Shown here in pieces: positions 39,101 through 51,446 of a stretch of 64,000 nt of DNA. Each line of letters begins with the position of its first letter. Position 1 is the stretch's first letter. Under the pieces are notes generated by a model that worked only from the letters and a program-made list of their open reading frames with translations, was not told the DNA's origin and made no database searches. The stretch covers positions 1 through 64,000 of the forward strand of contig JBFLGF010000104.1 of assembly GCA_050230475.1 (NCBI GenBank), read 5' to 3'. Position numbers and translations under genes: made by a program. This DNA is from Ancylonema sp. (lineage: Eukaryota).

Positions 39101-41056
39101 ACAACTAATTCCCCATCTACTTGACAAATAATCGTATTCAGGAATGCAAGAAGACAACATAAGAAACAAAAGTAGTTTTTTTTGTGGACAAGGAAATACA
39201 CAATACAGAAATACAAGGGGAAAAAAAGTTTTATTTTTTCAATTTATCTCCACCAAGAGTGATGCCACATGAATTTCCCGATTGGAGGATATTGATTTAC
39301 TCATGACCGCTATAAGGATTAAAATTATTTGTTTCCTCTTCTATGTGAAAGATATGTAAAAAGGGAAAAGAGAAAAAAACATGTGAATTTCACGATTTTT
39401 CTTATGAATTTGGACATAGAGAATCACTACTTCCATTATTTAAGTGCACAAGAGCCCGTAAAGACAACCACAACAACACTCACAAAAATTGAAGGTTGAC
39501 AAGGTTCCCAATACTTGATGGAATGTCCCCAGTGAGCTGGTAACGATAAAGATCCCTACACGTCAACAAACGTCCATGGCTTGTTTTATGCTCACACAAA
39601 ATTCGACACGCCATGCAGAAATTGAACTTCCATCTGTGAAATGTCTCCTTGGAAAAAACGAGGCAAAAACATGGTAATATGAAAGTAATGCCACATATAT
39701 GAAATATGTAGGATTTATATTCGCAACTCGAAACACAAAACCAAACACCTACAATCAAGTAAGCAAATGATAATATTCTGGATGTTTCAAAAATAAAATT
39801 GTACTTTTGAAGAGTATTTGTCATGTTGATGAATAAAACGGACATGAAATAACTTATAGTACATTGACGACATTGATTGACGACATTGATTGACAACATT
39901 ATTCAACATTTATCAACTTCGAATAACATTTGTATGAAATGCTCTTTGATGTAAAATAATATGTCCAGATTGATTTTTCTAAATTGTTCCCTTCTAGCAT
40001 TCGTTTTATTTGTTCCCAAATCAGTCATTGTTAAGTTGTGTTATAATGGTTATAATGGTTGTATAGACACAACACATGCATTTATAAATAAAACCAGTAT
40101 TTTTATTTTTATTTTATTATTATTAGTACCAACCAATGAGGGCATGAATAACGAGTAAACGAGTCAATTTTACTTGTAAAAGATGATGATGATGCGAAGT
40201 CCTTGGAACGCAAAATTAAAAAATAGTATCCGACTTCAAAGAAAAATGTGAAGTCACTTTGCTTCATTTAAGGGGATTTTTTTAATTTTCCGTTTGAGAT
40301 TTGACTTGTATGAATTTAAAACGGAAACAAATAGGGCGACGAAATGTTATAACATGCAATATTATACATGGATAATATGCTTAAAATATTCATTTTGTCT
40401 TTGTGTTCTTGTGCCCTATATAATTGGAGTCCCCTACTTAAAAAAAAGGCGTAGTCTTACATTGTTGTAACAAAATGGTTGGCGTCGCACTCCAAACCAT
40501 GCCAATCAGAGCATGCATTACTTGTATTCCACGAACTCAAGAAGTTCGACGAATCGAGAGCTGACCGAAATTCGAGCAACGGTCCAACTGCATAAAAACG
40601 GACCAAAACGTTAATGGCTATTATGTCACATGTCAAATCCTTTTCTACGTCCGTTCTGTTGTTGTATACATAAAGATTGCGTTAAAACAAATAGCCAACC
40701 ACCTTTATACCTTGTGAGGGATCGGGTGCGTTCGGATCAACACTAGTAGCGGGAGACACTCGTAGCGAATTAGATGGTTGCAAATTTGTTTCGACAAATT
40801 TTGGCAGGGGCGAGGCCCTTTTTGCAACGCTCCTTAAAATTCGAGCTTCTACAAAATCTGCGGCTCATAGAAAATAGGAAAATCCTTGAGTTACAAATGG
40901 AAGAACGGAGCTCATCAATGCGTACGTATGTACATGTGGAGTAACATTAGTAATTTAATGTGGATACTTACACAACTGTTCTAATTTCCATATATGAGAT
41001 GTGATAAAATTCCAAATCCAAAGCAACATACCGACTTTCTTGAGGCTTCCCAACAT
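27470..41056 (-). CDS. Extracellular plant-type LRR protein (RLP/RLK ectodomain-like), one LRR per exon; possibly partly pseudogenised
   Basis: Signal exon 41056-40972 (MLGSLKKVGMLLWIWNF...), exon 40857-40711 (YFVEA-RILRS...), and LRRNT exon 40587-40461 (LLEFRSALDSSNFLSSWNTSNACSDWHGLECD). Phase-2 LRR exons with intact splice sites: 39555-39484, 35275-35204, 34128-34057, 30886-30818, 30683-30612, 30505-30434, 30061-29990, 29717-29643, 29400-29329, 28984-28913, 28806-28735, 28537-28469, 27908-27840. Terminal segment HNRFHGPLP...LYDVSFYYFSG at ~27640-27500; 3' end not resolved. Confidence 0.85.
31550..39900. repeat. Tandem array of AT-rich exon+intron cassettes (~0.45-1.4 kb spacing), each carrying a 72-nt LRR exon
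   Basis: Conserved flanks (GCACAAGAGCCCAT...AAAACTCAC and GCACGTCAACAAACGTCCATGG) surround exons at 32685-32756 (+) and 34057, 35204, 36590, 37043, 38124, 39484 (-). Confidence 0.9.
37367..37727. mobile_element. hAT-like MITE lacking its right TIR, inserted in the LRR cassette array
   Basis: Colinear with 51447-51832 from CATAGATGGGTC onward; the right end GACCCATCTATG is missing. Confidence 0.85.
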
Positions 41057-41151
41057 ACATGCAGAGTTCGCAATTGGACATGTGCAAACATTACCTAACC
41101 CAACGGGAAAAAAAAACTTTTATCACTGTACTTTAAATGAAATAAGCCGCT

Positions 41152-42025
41152 ATGGACCCTAAACCCGCCTCTTCTACTTGTGCTTTGCGGTCTCCCTTCG
41201 TATCCCCCCTCCCCTACATTCCCTCCCTTCGTATCCCCCCTCCCCTATTCCTTAGTGCCGTGCGCCTGCGCCTCGGGTTTCCCCACCCTTGCCTTGCTAC
41301 CTATGTTACGTGCGCGTGCGGCAACTCTTTGGACGCCCTGGGTACGCATCTTATGCGCTGCAGTCGAGGGGGGGAGCGCACTTCATCTCATGACTCGGTG
41401 CGAGATTCCCCGCGAGTCGGGACGTGAACGTACGGGCGTCCTCCGCTCCGGGCGGTCGTGGGGGGCGAGTGGATATTGTTATTTCGGATTTGGTGGAGGG
41501 GCATATTTTGGTGGATGTGGTCATTGGTGACCCCACGCGGCGTGACTTGGTGGATCGCGCGGCTTGTCGAGGATTGGTGGCCGCAGAAGATGCATAACGG
41601 CGCAAAGAAACTCACTATCGTGATCGCGCGGCAGTGACCAAGTTTATCCCGTTTGCGTTAGAGACGTACGGTGCGCTTTCCGATGCAAGCAATCGGTTAT
41701 TGGTGGATTGTGCTCACCGTGCGGCGCAACTGAAGGGCGACGGGGCGGAATGTTAGTTGTTAGTTACTTGGTTTCGGCAAGAGTTTGTGTTGCTTTACAA
41801 CGTTCTCTAGCACATGCAATCCATGCTAGGACGTTGCGATTGCAAGAGGGTATGGCTCTATTACCTCCCCCCCCTCCGCGGGTGTTATTGTCGTCACTCA
41901 GCAAAGTTAAGGATTGTTGCTCGGTTTTAGGGTTGGGGTTGTTTTCCTTCTTCTGTTTCGTTAGGTTGGTACGATAACGTTGGTGTTGTACTCAGATGGG
42001 GTTCCCATCGTGCTTTAATAAAATG
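41152..42025 (+). mobile_element. 5'-truncated CRE-clade non-LTR retrotransposon (restriction-like endonuclease domain)
   Basis: AVRLRLG, CACG...HLMRC zinc finger, SHDSVRD, VDIVI...VDVVI, FIPFALETYG and VALQR, with a frameshift and a stop; AATAAA near 42017. Confidence 0.75.
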
Positions 42026-42128
42026 CGTCTCCCTTATTATAAAGATATTTTCCCAAGTACAGTAAACCCTTGATATAGTGACAATTTTATAGACAGTGGA
42101 AAATAATGTCACTATATCGAATGCCAGG

Positions 42129-42581
42129 TGTAGGAATTATATCGGATAGCCATGTTTGCTAGCGTGCTAGTCCGGACTGCCGGTTAGTGTAACCGGTAGG
42201 GTTCCTAGGGTGTGCTTATATTGAGGGGCCTGACTTATGTCCGGGCACCCGAATATGACGTTTCGGTTGTGCCGTTTGTAGCACGTGCTGTCTAGATGGT
42301 TCCGAATCTAGACGATATGTTTTGTCAGACTGTCCGGCGTGTGCCGTTGACAGGATCTGACTGTTGTTGAGTTATGATAGGCCGACGGTCCGCAGATACG
42401 ACCGTCGGCACGTGTTGTAGATTCATGTTATGGACGAGGCATCGTGGTATACCTGCACGATGCCGACCATTCAAGATTATTCTTCCAACTCAATACTTTG
42501 TCATTGATCAGATCATTCTTCGTTCCTTGTACGGAAAGATTCACACTGTCTTTGCACACCTATCACGTAACATCCCTAAAA
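42129..42581 (+). repeat. 5' LTR of the Copia element
   Basis: TGTAGG...CATCCCTAAAA, homologous to 48298-48720. Confidence 0.9.
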
Positions 42582-45500
42582 TTCTTTTGTCGTGCGTTAT
42601 GGCCCACCGGCGGTCTAATTAAAGACGCTGTGTCAATAACTACAGGCATTCCACGCGATTCGCTGCTAAGAGACTCTGAGTTGAGGTTATTAAGTACTGC
42701 ACGTCATCCTTCGATTGCGCTGCCAGTGACTGAGGTGTGAGCCGCGCTGCACGAAACACGCTCAAGAAAGCAGCTGGGAGCTGAGCACCAAGAATTTTAG
42801 CTGTTGCCTAACATGACGGAAAAATCATACATTCCGGTCTTCACAGGAGCAGACTACAAAGGGTGGGGCATTTAAGATAAAATTCGGTCTGGCTGATAAA
42901 GAGCTGCATGACATCGTCATGGATTGGGGTAAATCACCGAGGCAAGCAGAGCCTGTCGTGTTTCTACCACACACGCAGGATGAGCTCGATACGCTGGATG
43001 CTGCGGACGTCGCCAGAACGATCACGGCACGCACCCAGCTCATCGGTCGACAGACTCTCCTTCGAAGGTCTGGTCGAAGAAAGAATATCGCTGCGATGGC
43101 GTATATCGTCAAACACCTCCAGACGGGGGAGCTGACGCACGTACGGAATTGCGAAACCGCAGCGGATATGTGGGACGCCCTGAAGTCTTTCTACGACATT
43201 CACGGAGCCATCGAAATTGCCAACGCTGAAGCTGAGCTCACGGTAATTATCATGGGAGAGGCGGAGGACCTCAGCGACTACGTCAAGCGACTTCAGGAGC
43301 TGCACGATCGGCTGGGGCATCTGAGGGAGCCACTCAAGCCGGCAAAGCAGACGATTAACTTCCTAAAACTCCCTGAACACTCGCTACAGCGCACGAGTAG
43401 AGAGCGTGATGTCTTGGGCAGTTTCTGCACCATCACTCTTCACGATCCCTCAGGCCGTCTGCACTCTATCAGCTGGCGATCGACGGGAGGTCTGCAACGA
43501 CCGGAAGAGAGGAGCGCTGCCGGGAGGGCAGCAGGCCGATTTCGTAGGAAGGGGAGGTTACTCGGGCAGCTCCGGAGCTGGCCCAAGTCGACCAGGTGGG
43601 ATCGGCGTTCCCGGAAGTCACGACCTGACGAGAACTCAGTGCTACGGCTGCAACCAGTATGGCCACCTGAAGTCGGATTGCCCCGTGCGTCCGCCAATGA
43701 GGTGCCATGGCAGCAACCAGACCGGCCACAGGCTGTCGCAATGCGGCCAGCAATGGCATGGTGGAGGAGGAAGATCGGCTGGCCAGGGAAGTGGCAGTCC
43801 GAAACCAAAGTAGTGCAGATACTGTGATAAGCTTGGTGGACACACATTGGCAGAATGTTTGAAGAAGCGTAAATCTGATCTGGCATTGTCTGCTGCACCT
43901 GATTCGAATCTCCGTAATCAAGCTCAGGGGCTAGACTTGCTGCAAGACCAGACACACCTTTTGATGCCTCTAAATCCTTAGCTTATGCAGCATTCTCATC
44001 CTGACGCACGGATTGCGATGGCAGCTGGAACTGATTGTTCGCATCTGTGGCTTGATTCAGGCTCGACCGATCTCGTCTTCGTAAACCGAGACCACTTCGT
44101 CGAGTACGACACCAACGTCCCAATGCAGCATTCTTTCATCCACACGGCTGACGGCACGCCCCACAAGGACGAGGGGACAGGCTTCGTGCACGTGAAAGTG
44201 ACTTTCGTCGTCCCTCTCGCTGCTCTGCACGTCCCTCGATCCACGTCCCAACATTCGCTGCGACCCTGGTGTCCACCGACTGCCTCGTCAGAGAGGTGGG
44301 CTGAGCTTTGCCCAGACCCCACGGGTCCTGAATTAAACAAGGGAAATGTGAAATGGGCTGATGTGTTGCAGCAGCCTCGTGGTCTGACTTTGCTTGCTGC
44401 CACAATCGTCATGCCTGAATCTCATGATACTACAGCAAATTTGTCCACAGGCATGGTCTGGCATCACACATTGGGTCACCCCAGTTCTGATGTGATGTCA
44501 GATTTCGCCAGACGTGGGGACATCCCAGAGTTAAGTCAGGGGGAATTAACTGAAGTTAGGGGATGTCAGGTTTGTTGTCAGGGGAAGATGATTCAACTCA
44601 GTCATGCTAAGGTCAGTCCGGATCTGGGGACATGCCCCAAGATGGGTCGCATCCACCTGATCTCATTGGACCACTGTCTGTCAGGTCAGCTAACGGAGGA
44701 GTATACATATGGCTCAGACAGGGATAGAGGTATCCACACGTCTGTCATTTGTCAGCTTGTTAAAAACAAAGGATGAAGCACTGAACCGAGCAAGAGTCAC
44801 TATACAATTGCTCGAGGTCCAGTCGGGTCTGCCCCTACAGTCTATTCGGACAGATAAGGGAGGGGAGTATATGTCTCAGGACTGGATAAACTACTGTGGG
44901 GGGAAGGGTATTGATAAGCAAACCACAGAAGCATATAGTCCTGAACAAAACGGAATCTGTGAAAGACTGAATAGAACATTGACAGAAAAAATGCGATGCA
45001 TATTAATCTGGTCAGGTCTACCGAAGTCGTATTGGGACGTGGCATTGTTACATGCAAACTGGTTGAGGAATAGAACACCCACTAAGTCGCTTTCTGGGAA
45101 AATTCCAATTGAGGTCTGGGAGGGGAAGAGAATGACAGTTATAAATAAAAGTCATAATTTCGGGTGTCTGGTCCAATATTTGAAGGTTGGGGGGGAAAAG
45201 AACAGTCAAGGGGACAAGTTTGCCCCTCGTACTTGCTTTGGTGTGTTTCTGGGGATGGCTGCGGGGAGTGCAGGCTACAATGTTTGCGATCCCCATAGAG
45301 CTGGGGTGATATCACGCATGGACGTGAGGTTCTTTGAGGAGGTGCCGGGGTACCCGAAGCTGATGGGGGGGAGAGCTCCCCAGATTCAGGAGGCAGCAGA
45401 AAAACACTTTTTCTACCTTTTCCCCGACCCTGAAGATGAACCAGCTGCAGCAGTTGTGCCAGCAGAAGCAGTCCACCCCAACATGCCAGCAGCAGCAGTC

Positions 45501-48297
45501 CACCCCAACATGCCAGCAGCAGCAGTTCTGCAACCGATGCCAGCAGTTCTGCAGCCAATCCCAGCACCAGCAGAAGCAGCAGTCTGAGCCAGCAGCTGCC
45601 ATCGACTATCCGCACGACAACTTCCAGCCACACAAGCTGCTGAGGTCCCTAACGCCACGAGATTGTGCTGTCTCTGACAGCCAATCAGGGATCAACAACG
45701 CAGGAGGTGGAGATGCAGGGGAGGAGGAGGTGCAAGGAGGGGGTGCGAACCCAGAAGTGGGGGAGCGTGGCCGCGTAGCTGATCGGGTGATGGCTAGAAG
45801 GCGAGCCAACTTTGCCAAGGATGGGGATCTCATGTGATGTGATGGGGAGGAGTTCGATGACGCAGCTCACGCCAACTACTCAGCGACTGAGTGGGAGCCC
45901 AGCAGTTTCTACACTGGCTTCAACGGTCCTGTGGATCCGGGCTACGCGTGCGTAGCATCTAACAGCAACTCCTCCGAGCCACTCACCCTCAACCATGCGA
46001 TGATGAGGCCAGACTGGGACTAGTGGGACAGGGCCATTGTGAAGAGGAGTTAGCAGCTCTGGAGCCGTTCAACACCTTTGAGGTGGGTGTGCTTCCTCCA
46101 GGTAAAAAGGCTGTGGGGTGCAGATATGTGTTTAAGGTCAAAACAACACCACAGGGGGAAATTGAAAGATATAAAGTCAGACTGGTCGCACAGGGATTCT
46201 TACAGCAAGAGGGTTGATTATAATGACGTATTTGCACCCGTAATCGACAGTACATCTATCACCCTACTCCTCTCTATAGCAAACCAATATGACTGGGAAC
46301 TGGAACAGATGGACGTAATCACAGCGTTCCTGCATGGACGTCTGGAAGAAGTTTACATGAAAATACCACCACGTATGTATATCAATGGGGGTGCTGAGGG
46401 AAAGGTCTTACGACTGAAGGGAGCTTTATACGACGGTCTAAAGCAGAGTAGCCACGTATGGCAGGAAATGTTCAGAAAATTTATGATATCTGAAGGGTCT
46501 AAACAGTGCGTAATGGACACATGTATATATATGAGAGGTGAAGCAGACAGCAGAATCATTCTGGGAATACATGTAGATGATCAGGTGATCACAGGTCCTA
46601 ACGCAATGGTCGTCAAAACTTTTAAAGAAGATATGGGTTTTAAAGAAGACATGGGTAAAAAGTTTGGGTCCCCTAACCCATATCCTGGGGGTGGAAGTGA
46701 AGAGGGATAGACAGAGAAGACTGCTCACACTGGGACAGTCAGGATTCTTAAGGGGAGTGCTCGTGAACGCTATGGGATGCACGAGTGTAATCCAACTAAA
46801 CTCCCCCTCGCCCCTGGAACTCAATTTACACAGAATGCTGAACCAACTCTTCCCCCTACCCCTGAAGAAATAACAGACTTTCGAGGGAAAGTGGGATCAC
46901 TCATATATGCCATGAAACAAACCAGACTGGACATCGGGTATGCACTTGGGGTACTGGCTAAACACATGGGAAATCCTGGGGTGGCACACATAAGGGCTCT
47001 ACATCAACTATTCAGATACTTGAAGGGGACTGTCAACCACGGACTGACGTTTGTGGGAAAAGACACTTTGAAGAAAGGGTTACTGCGATGCATCATGGAA
47101 CAGTTGTAGCATGACAGGGAAATCAGTCACAGGATGGGTAACACGGTTGGGGGACAGCACTGGAAGTCACAAAAACAGTCAACTGTTTGCACAGAGCACT
47201 GCTGAGGCTGAGTCTATTGCTGCCTGTAGTGTGTCTAAAGAATGCTGTTATCTAAAGTCTCTCTTGAAAGAACTCAAATTCCCACACCAAATCACAATCC
47301 ACACTGATTCAACCTCAGCTCTCTCCATGATCCAGAATCCTGTGCAAAGACAGAAAGAAAACATTTTAATGTGGTATATCACTGGGTACGGACGGGAGGG
47401 AAAGATGCCACAGCACGGGGAGACTACTAAAATATGTGTATCTTGCAGGCGCCAATCAACCAGCAGATATGTAACTAAAGCTCTACCCCAAGTTTTACTT
47501 GGACAGACACAGCAAAAGTCTAAGGTTTTGGACGGTTATACTGGAACTGGGGGGTGTCAGTAGTTTTCTTTTATTTTTATGATCGAAGGTTTCGAATGCC
47601 ATGCATGTTGGCGGGGGTGTGTTGTTATGTTTCTTTTCAGGCAGAAGTAATGGGGAGGGTAACACCAACCTTCAGCTCATCCAGCTAAGTCACACTCTTA
47701 CCTTAATACCTTGAAAAGACACTTGAAAACGCTTAAAGGACACTTTAAAAATCAGAAAGTGTGAGAATCTGCTCAACTTTATACTTGTCAGTTTGTTCTG
47801 AATTTTCGTATGTATGTCCTAATCACATTGTTGCAAAACTTGTGTGTCTTGTCAAAAGTTGGTGCTGATAGGACTGGTAATTTTGAAGTTATGCTGTTTT
47901 GAGATTTTTCTGACTGGAAAAAGTGTGAAGTTTCAGAATCGTGAAGTTGAAAAAGTTAATAAGAAATCAAAAATATTTTCATAAGATTTTTTGTTTTTCG
48001 CCTAACTTGTGGCATTTGTGTGTATGTGCAGGGCTTCGGCCCGAAAAACGACAAAGGACATGGAGCGATCGTCTTCTGAAGTTCCTCCGATCGGCTTCCG
48101 AGATCGTCTTCCGATCGTCTTCCGAACGGCTGCATTTATTATATCGATAGTAGAATCCCCTCGCACGCTTGTATGCTAGGGAAGACCAAAACTGTTTTAT
48201 ATGTTAGGTGATGGTTCTGCCATGTTTTGGCAATGACTTGGGTACTCCTTTTGATGTCTGCATCTATGCCAACTTTAGCATGGCATCCGAGGGGGTG

Positions 48298-48720
48298 TGT
48301 AGGGGGTTGGATAGCCGTATGTTATGCGTGCTAGTCCAGTTGTGACCGGTTACTCTAACCGGGAGCAATATTCTAGATGTGCCTGTATGCGGGGCCGGGC
48401 TTGTGCCCGGGCACCTGACATGTTTCCGACGCTTAGAGACGTTATTTCGTGACTGGCTAGTTTTGTCAGACCGGCATGTGCCGTTGACATGTAGAAGAGC
48501 TGTCAGTCAATGATAGGCCGACGGTCAATTGTGCCGACCGTCGGCACGCTTTGTAGATTCATGTTGTGGACGAGGCATCGTGGTATACCTACACGATGCC
48601 GACCATTCAAGATTATTCTTCCAACGCAATACTTGTCATTGATCATGTCTGAGAGACGTAGTTCCTTGTACGGAAAGAATCACATTGTATTTGCACACCA
48701 ATCACGTAACATCCCTAAAA
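48298..48720 (+). repeat. 3' LTR of the Copia element
   Basis: TGTAGG...CATCCCTAAAA, preceded by the PPT and followed by the TSD. Confidence 0.9.
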
Positions 48721-51446
48721 CCAGGGGTGTCACTATACACTATACAGTGACATTTGGAGTGGACATCGAAGGAAAGTGAATTTTATGTTATTTTGAGTAG
48801 CTAGATCGGGTGCGTAAAGGTTTTTATCGTAGAAGGTAGTTCATCTTGATGGCGTGTGTTGTAATATCCACTAGCTACAATAAAACCTCTCTGAAGTAAT
48901 AATGTAGGGACAGGTATAAAATATTAATTAAAACAGGTTATTAATTTGTTATTACAATTTATTATTACTGCAAATTACTTTCTATTAGATTTGGGAGGTT
49001 ATTAATTTTCACAACTTTAATCTAAACAGATTTCACTCTATAGTGACATCTCAATAGTAAAATCTAGGAAAATTTGGTCACTATAACGTGTGTCACTATA
49101 GCGATTGTCACTATATCGAGTGGGTTTTTATATAGGATTAGAAAAAGGGCAGAAAAAATGTCACGATATCGTGATTGTCACTATATCGAGTGTCACTATA
49201 TCAAGGGTTTAGTGTAGTCGGGTTCCCGCCGACAATTTAAAATTAAGAGTTTCCTGGGTGTCCATCTAATTGACGTCATCTTTCCGGTGTGACGACATCT
49301 AATTGACGTCATCTTTTCGATGTGACGACAGCGTAATGGCCAACCAATACAGCGTTACAGGGGACCCTCGTCATTTGCGATAATCCTTGTTACGTCATCC
49401 TCCGCGGCCAAGTTGTCAGGCAGCGTTCCTCTCACTGCGGGCCATGAGTTCACAATTTCCCCGCCCTTCGCTAATCCTTATCTGCTTTGACATCGGAAAG
49501 GTGGATTTGAATGCCCTTTCCAGCAGGTTTGAGTACTGATTTGGATTATTAAATTTGAGAGTCATAAAAAATTACAGTTCCGGAAATTGATAATGACCCC
49601 AGAAGTCGCGCGATTGCCGAAAGAAGATGAAAAAATGACAAATGTCTATTTTTTTTTCTTGAGAAGGTAGCCAGTGTCCAAAGCAATCGATCCCTGAAAA
49701 TTTCAGAATAAATGGCGTAGAATCCACATGATGCGGACAAATCGTGTCAAGACCCCTGACTAACGAGGAGAAGTGGGCCACGCTGTGGTGCGGCGCGTGG
49801 TCCTCTCTCTGGCATGCCCTTTGGTGCAAATTTATGTGAAGCGCGCTGCACGTGTGACCATTTCATAATGCCTAGCCATTACGATTCCTCAATACATACC
49901 CCCCCCAGGTATTAAGGAATTGACGAGTTTTGCTAGAGCCCGCATCATGCGGATAATGGCTGCCCATTATCTCCACATCGCGACACACAACTGGGGTGTA
50001 TTTATGGAAACCGTGTGCTTGAAACCCCCAGCTTGTGAATTTATGGAGACCGCACAGGGTTTCGATAATGGCCAGCCATTGTAGAATTTGGCAAAAAAAA
50101 TACTTGAATCTCATTGGTCAGCGTCTCGGAATTATGGAAACCGTTTTCTCCTCGCTAATTGTCGACATTTACGGCTCATACTTGTTTGCAGATATGCAGT
50201 TCCGCAGTTTTGGTCCCGGTTTCCCTGCCATGTCACTCCATGTCAGCAACGTGTTTTTCGTGAGTATTTTCTGGTTGACGGCCGATTTCGTGGTTGCGAC
50301 AATATACTCGCAGGTTCAGACAGTACCGAGGGAAACAAACCAGGTTCGGCATTTGCAATGATTACCGACCAATGTTTTCGTGATGATGACCATGCCCGCA
50401 CGACGCACAAAATTTGTTGATATGTAGATATGCTCTAACATGTAGCCACGTCGGACGTGAGACGTCAAATTCGGTCAACTCGGACCGCCAGGCAAGCAGT
50501 AATGATGACCTTGGTAGATTCCAGTCGAGGTTTTGCTAGGGAACCTGTGCCGCTGGAAATACCCTGCTAGGTATTTCAGCTTTTTTGAACTTCTAATCAT
50601 CATATCGCAATCATTGCAAACGAAGATTTCAGCGACATTTTTTGTCCTGATGCAGGGTTTCCAACTTCTGACATTTCGTACCTTTTTGAACGCCAGCAAG
50701 GACGAAAAGGTACAAAGAAGTACATAAATATGTCCCGTCACCAGAGCAATTTCCGCGTGCCCCCGGACGGCGCGCAATGATTGGATCGAACAAGAATTCG
50801 CGATTTCCATATCTGCCCATCACGATTTTTCCGGATTATGGAAACCGCAATTGGTAATACCGGAGAGGGGAGAGGAAAAAAAAAAAAAAAAAAAAAAAAA
50901 AGTGATTTCCCAACTCGGTTCATATGAATGCGTGTGTGTGAGAACGAAGTTAAAATGTGCAAGTCCTGTGATGAATGCACGATGTGTCATGTTCGACCTG
51001 TCCTTCATGGATGGAAAACGAGGGACTAATCGGGGGACAACGGAGGACACGAGGGAGAAAACGAGGGGAAACGGGGTGCACGGGAAATGAACCGAGGGAG
51101 GGACAACTGGGGGCAAAAGGGTGGATTCACTATCGCATTCGGAGCATGTGAAGGTGTGTGTTACGTCTCACGATCGCCGTGCAAGTTTACAAACGGAAAT
51201 ATAATTTCGAAGAACCATCTCGATTCATTTTCCTTCTTTTACAAAGTAGACCGTCAAAATATGTAAGAACCATACACTCCATAAGTATCCTCCAATTATC
51301 TCCAAGTGCGCTCCTTGATCTAACTCATCCCGATTATACCAAGACGTTCATCAATGTAACAACACGATGTGCTTAAGTTTGTCAACTCGTACATATCAAC
51401 CTGTGCATAAATCATAAGTGGTACGACTGTTCATTTCGATGGACAC

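Larger units (their letters stand above)
42129..48720 (+). mobile_element. Full-length, frameshifted Ty1/Copia LTR retrotransposon with CCAGG TSD
   Basis: TSD at 42124-42128 and 48721-48725. Gag from ~42813 with two zinc knuckles (CYGCNQYGHLKSDC; CHGSNQTGHRLSQC). Protease WLDSGST, WHHTLGH, integrase IRTDKGGEY and PEQNGICERLNRTL, RT QMDVITAFLHG and HVDD, RNase H STAEAE. PPT GAGGGGG just before 48298. Confidence 0.95.
42060..49214. mobile_element. pogo-like MITE split by a Copia insertion (pieces 42060-42128 and 48721-49214)
   Basis: TA|CAGTAAACCCTTGATATAGTGACA ... TGTCACTATATCAAGGGTTTAGTG|TA; the rejoined halves are the reverse complement of 7564-8128. Confidence 0.9.

Noticed and set aside
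31550..39900. CRISPR-like or DGR-like repeat/variable system
   Set aside because: The units are spliceosomal exon+intron duplications. There is no short repeat-spacer periodicity, cas gene or dedicated RT, and variation is not restricted to adenines.
41157..41940. Telomere-like motifs near both ends of the CRE fragment suggesting telomere-targeted insertion
   Set aside because: Only ~10 bp each and in opposite orientations, so not a target-site duplication; such motifs are common in this window
45440..45600. Gln/Cys-rich ORF 45436-45837
   Set aside because: Alternate frame of a short tandem repeat in the Copia integrase-RT linker
49263..49328. 33-bp tandem duplication containing TGACGTCA
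   Set aside because: Only two copies, not next to an identified gene start; no support for function
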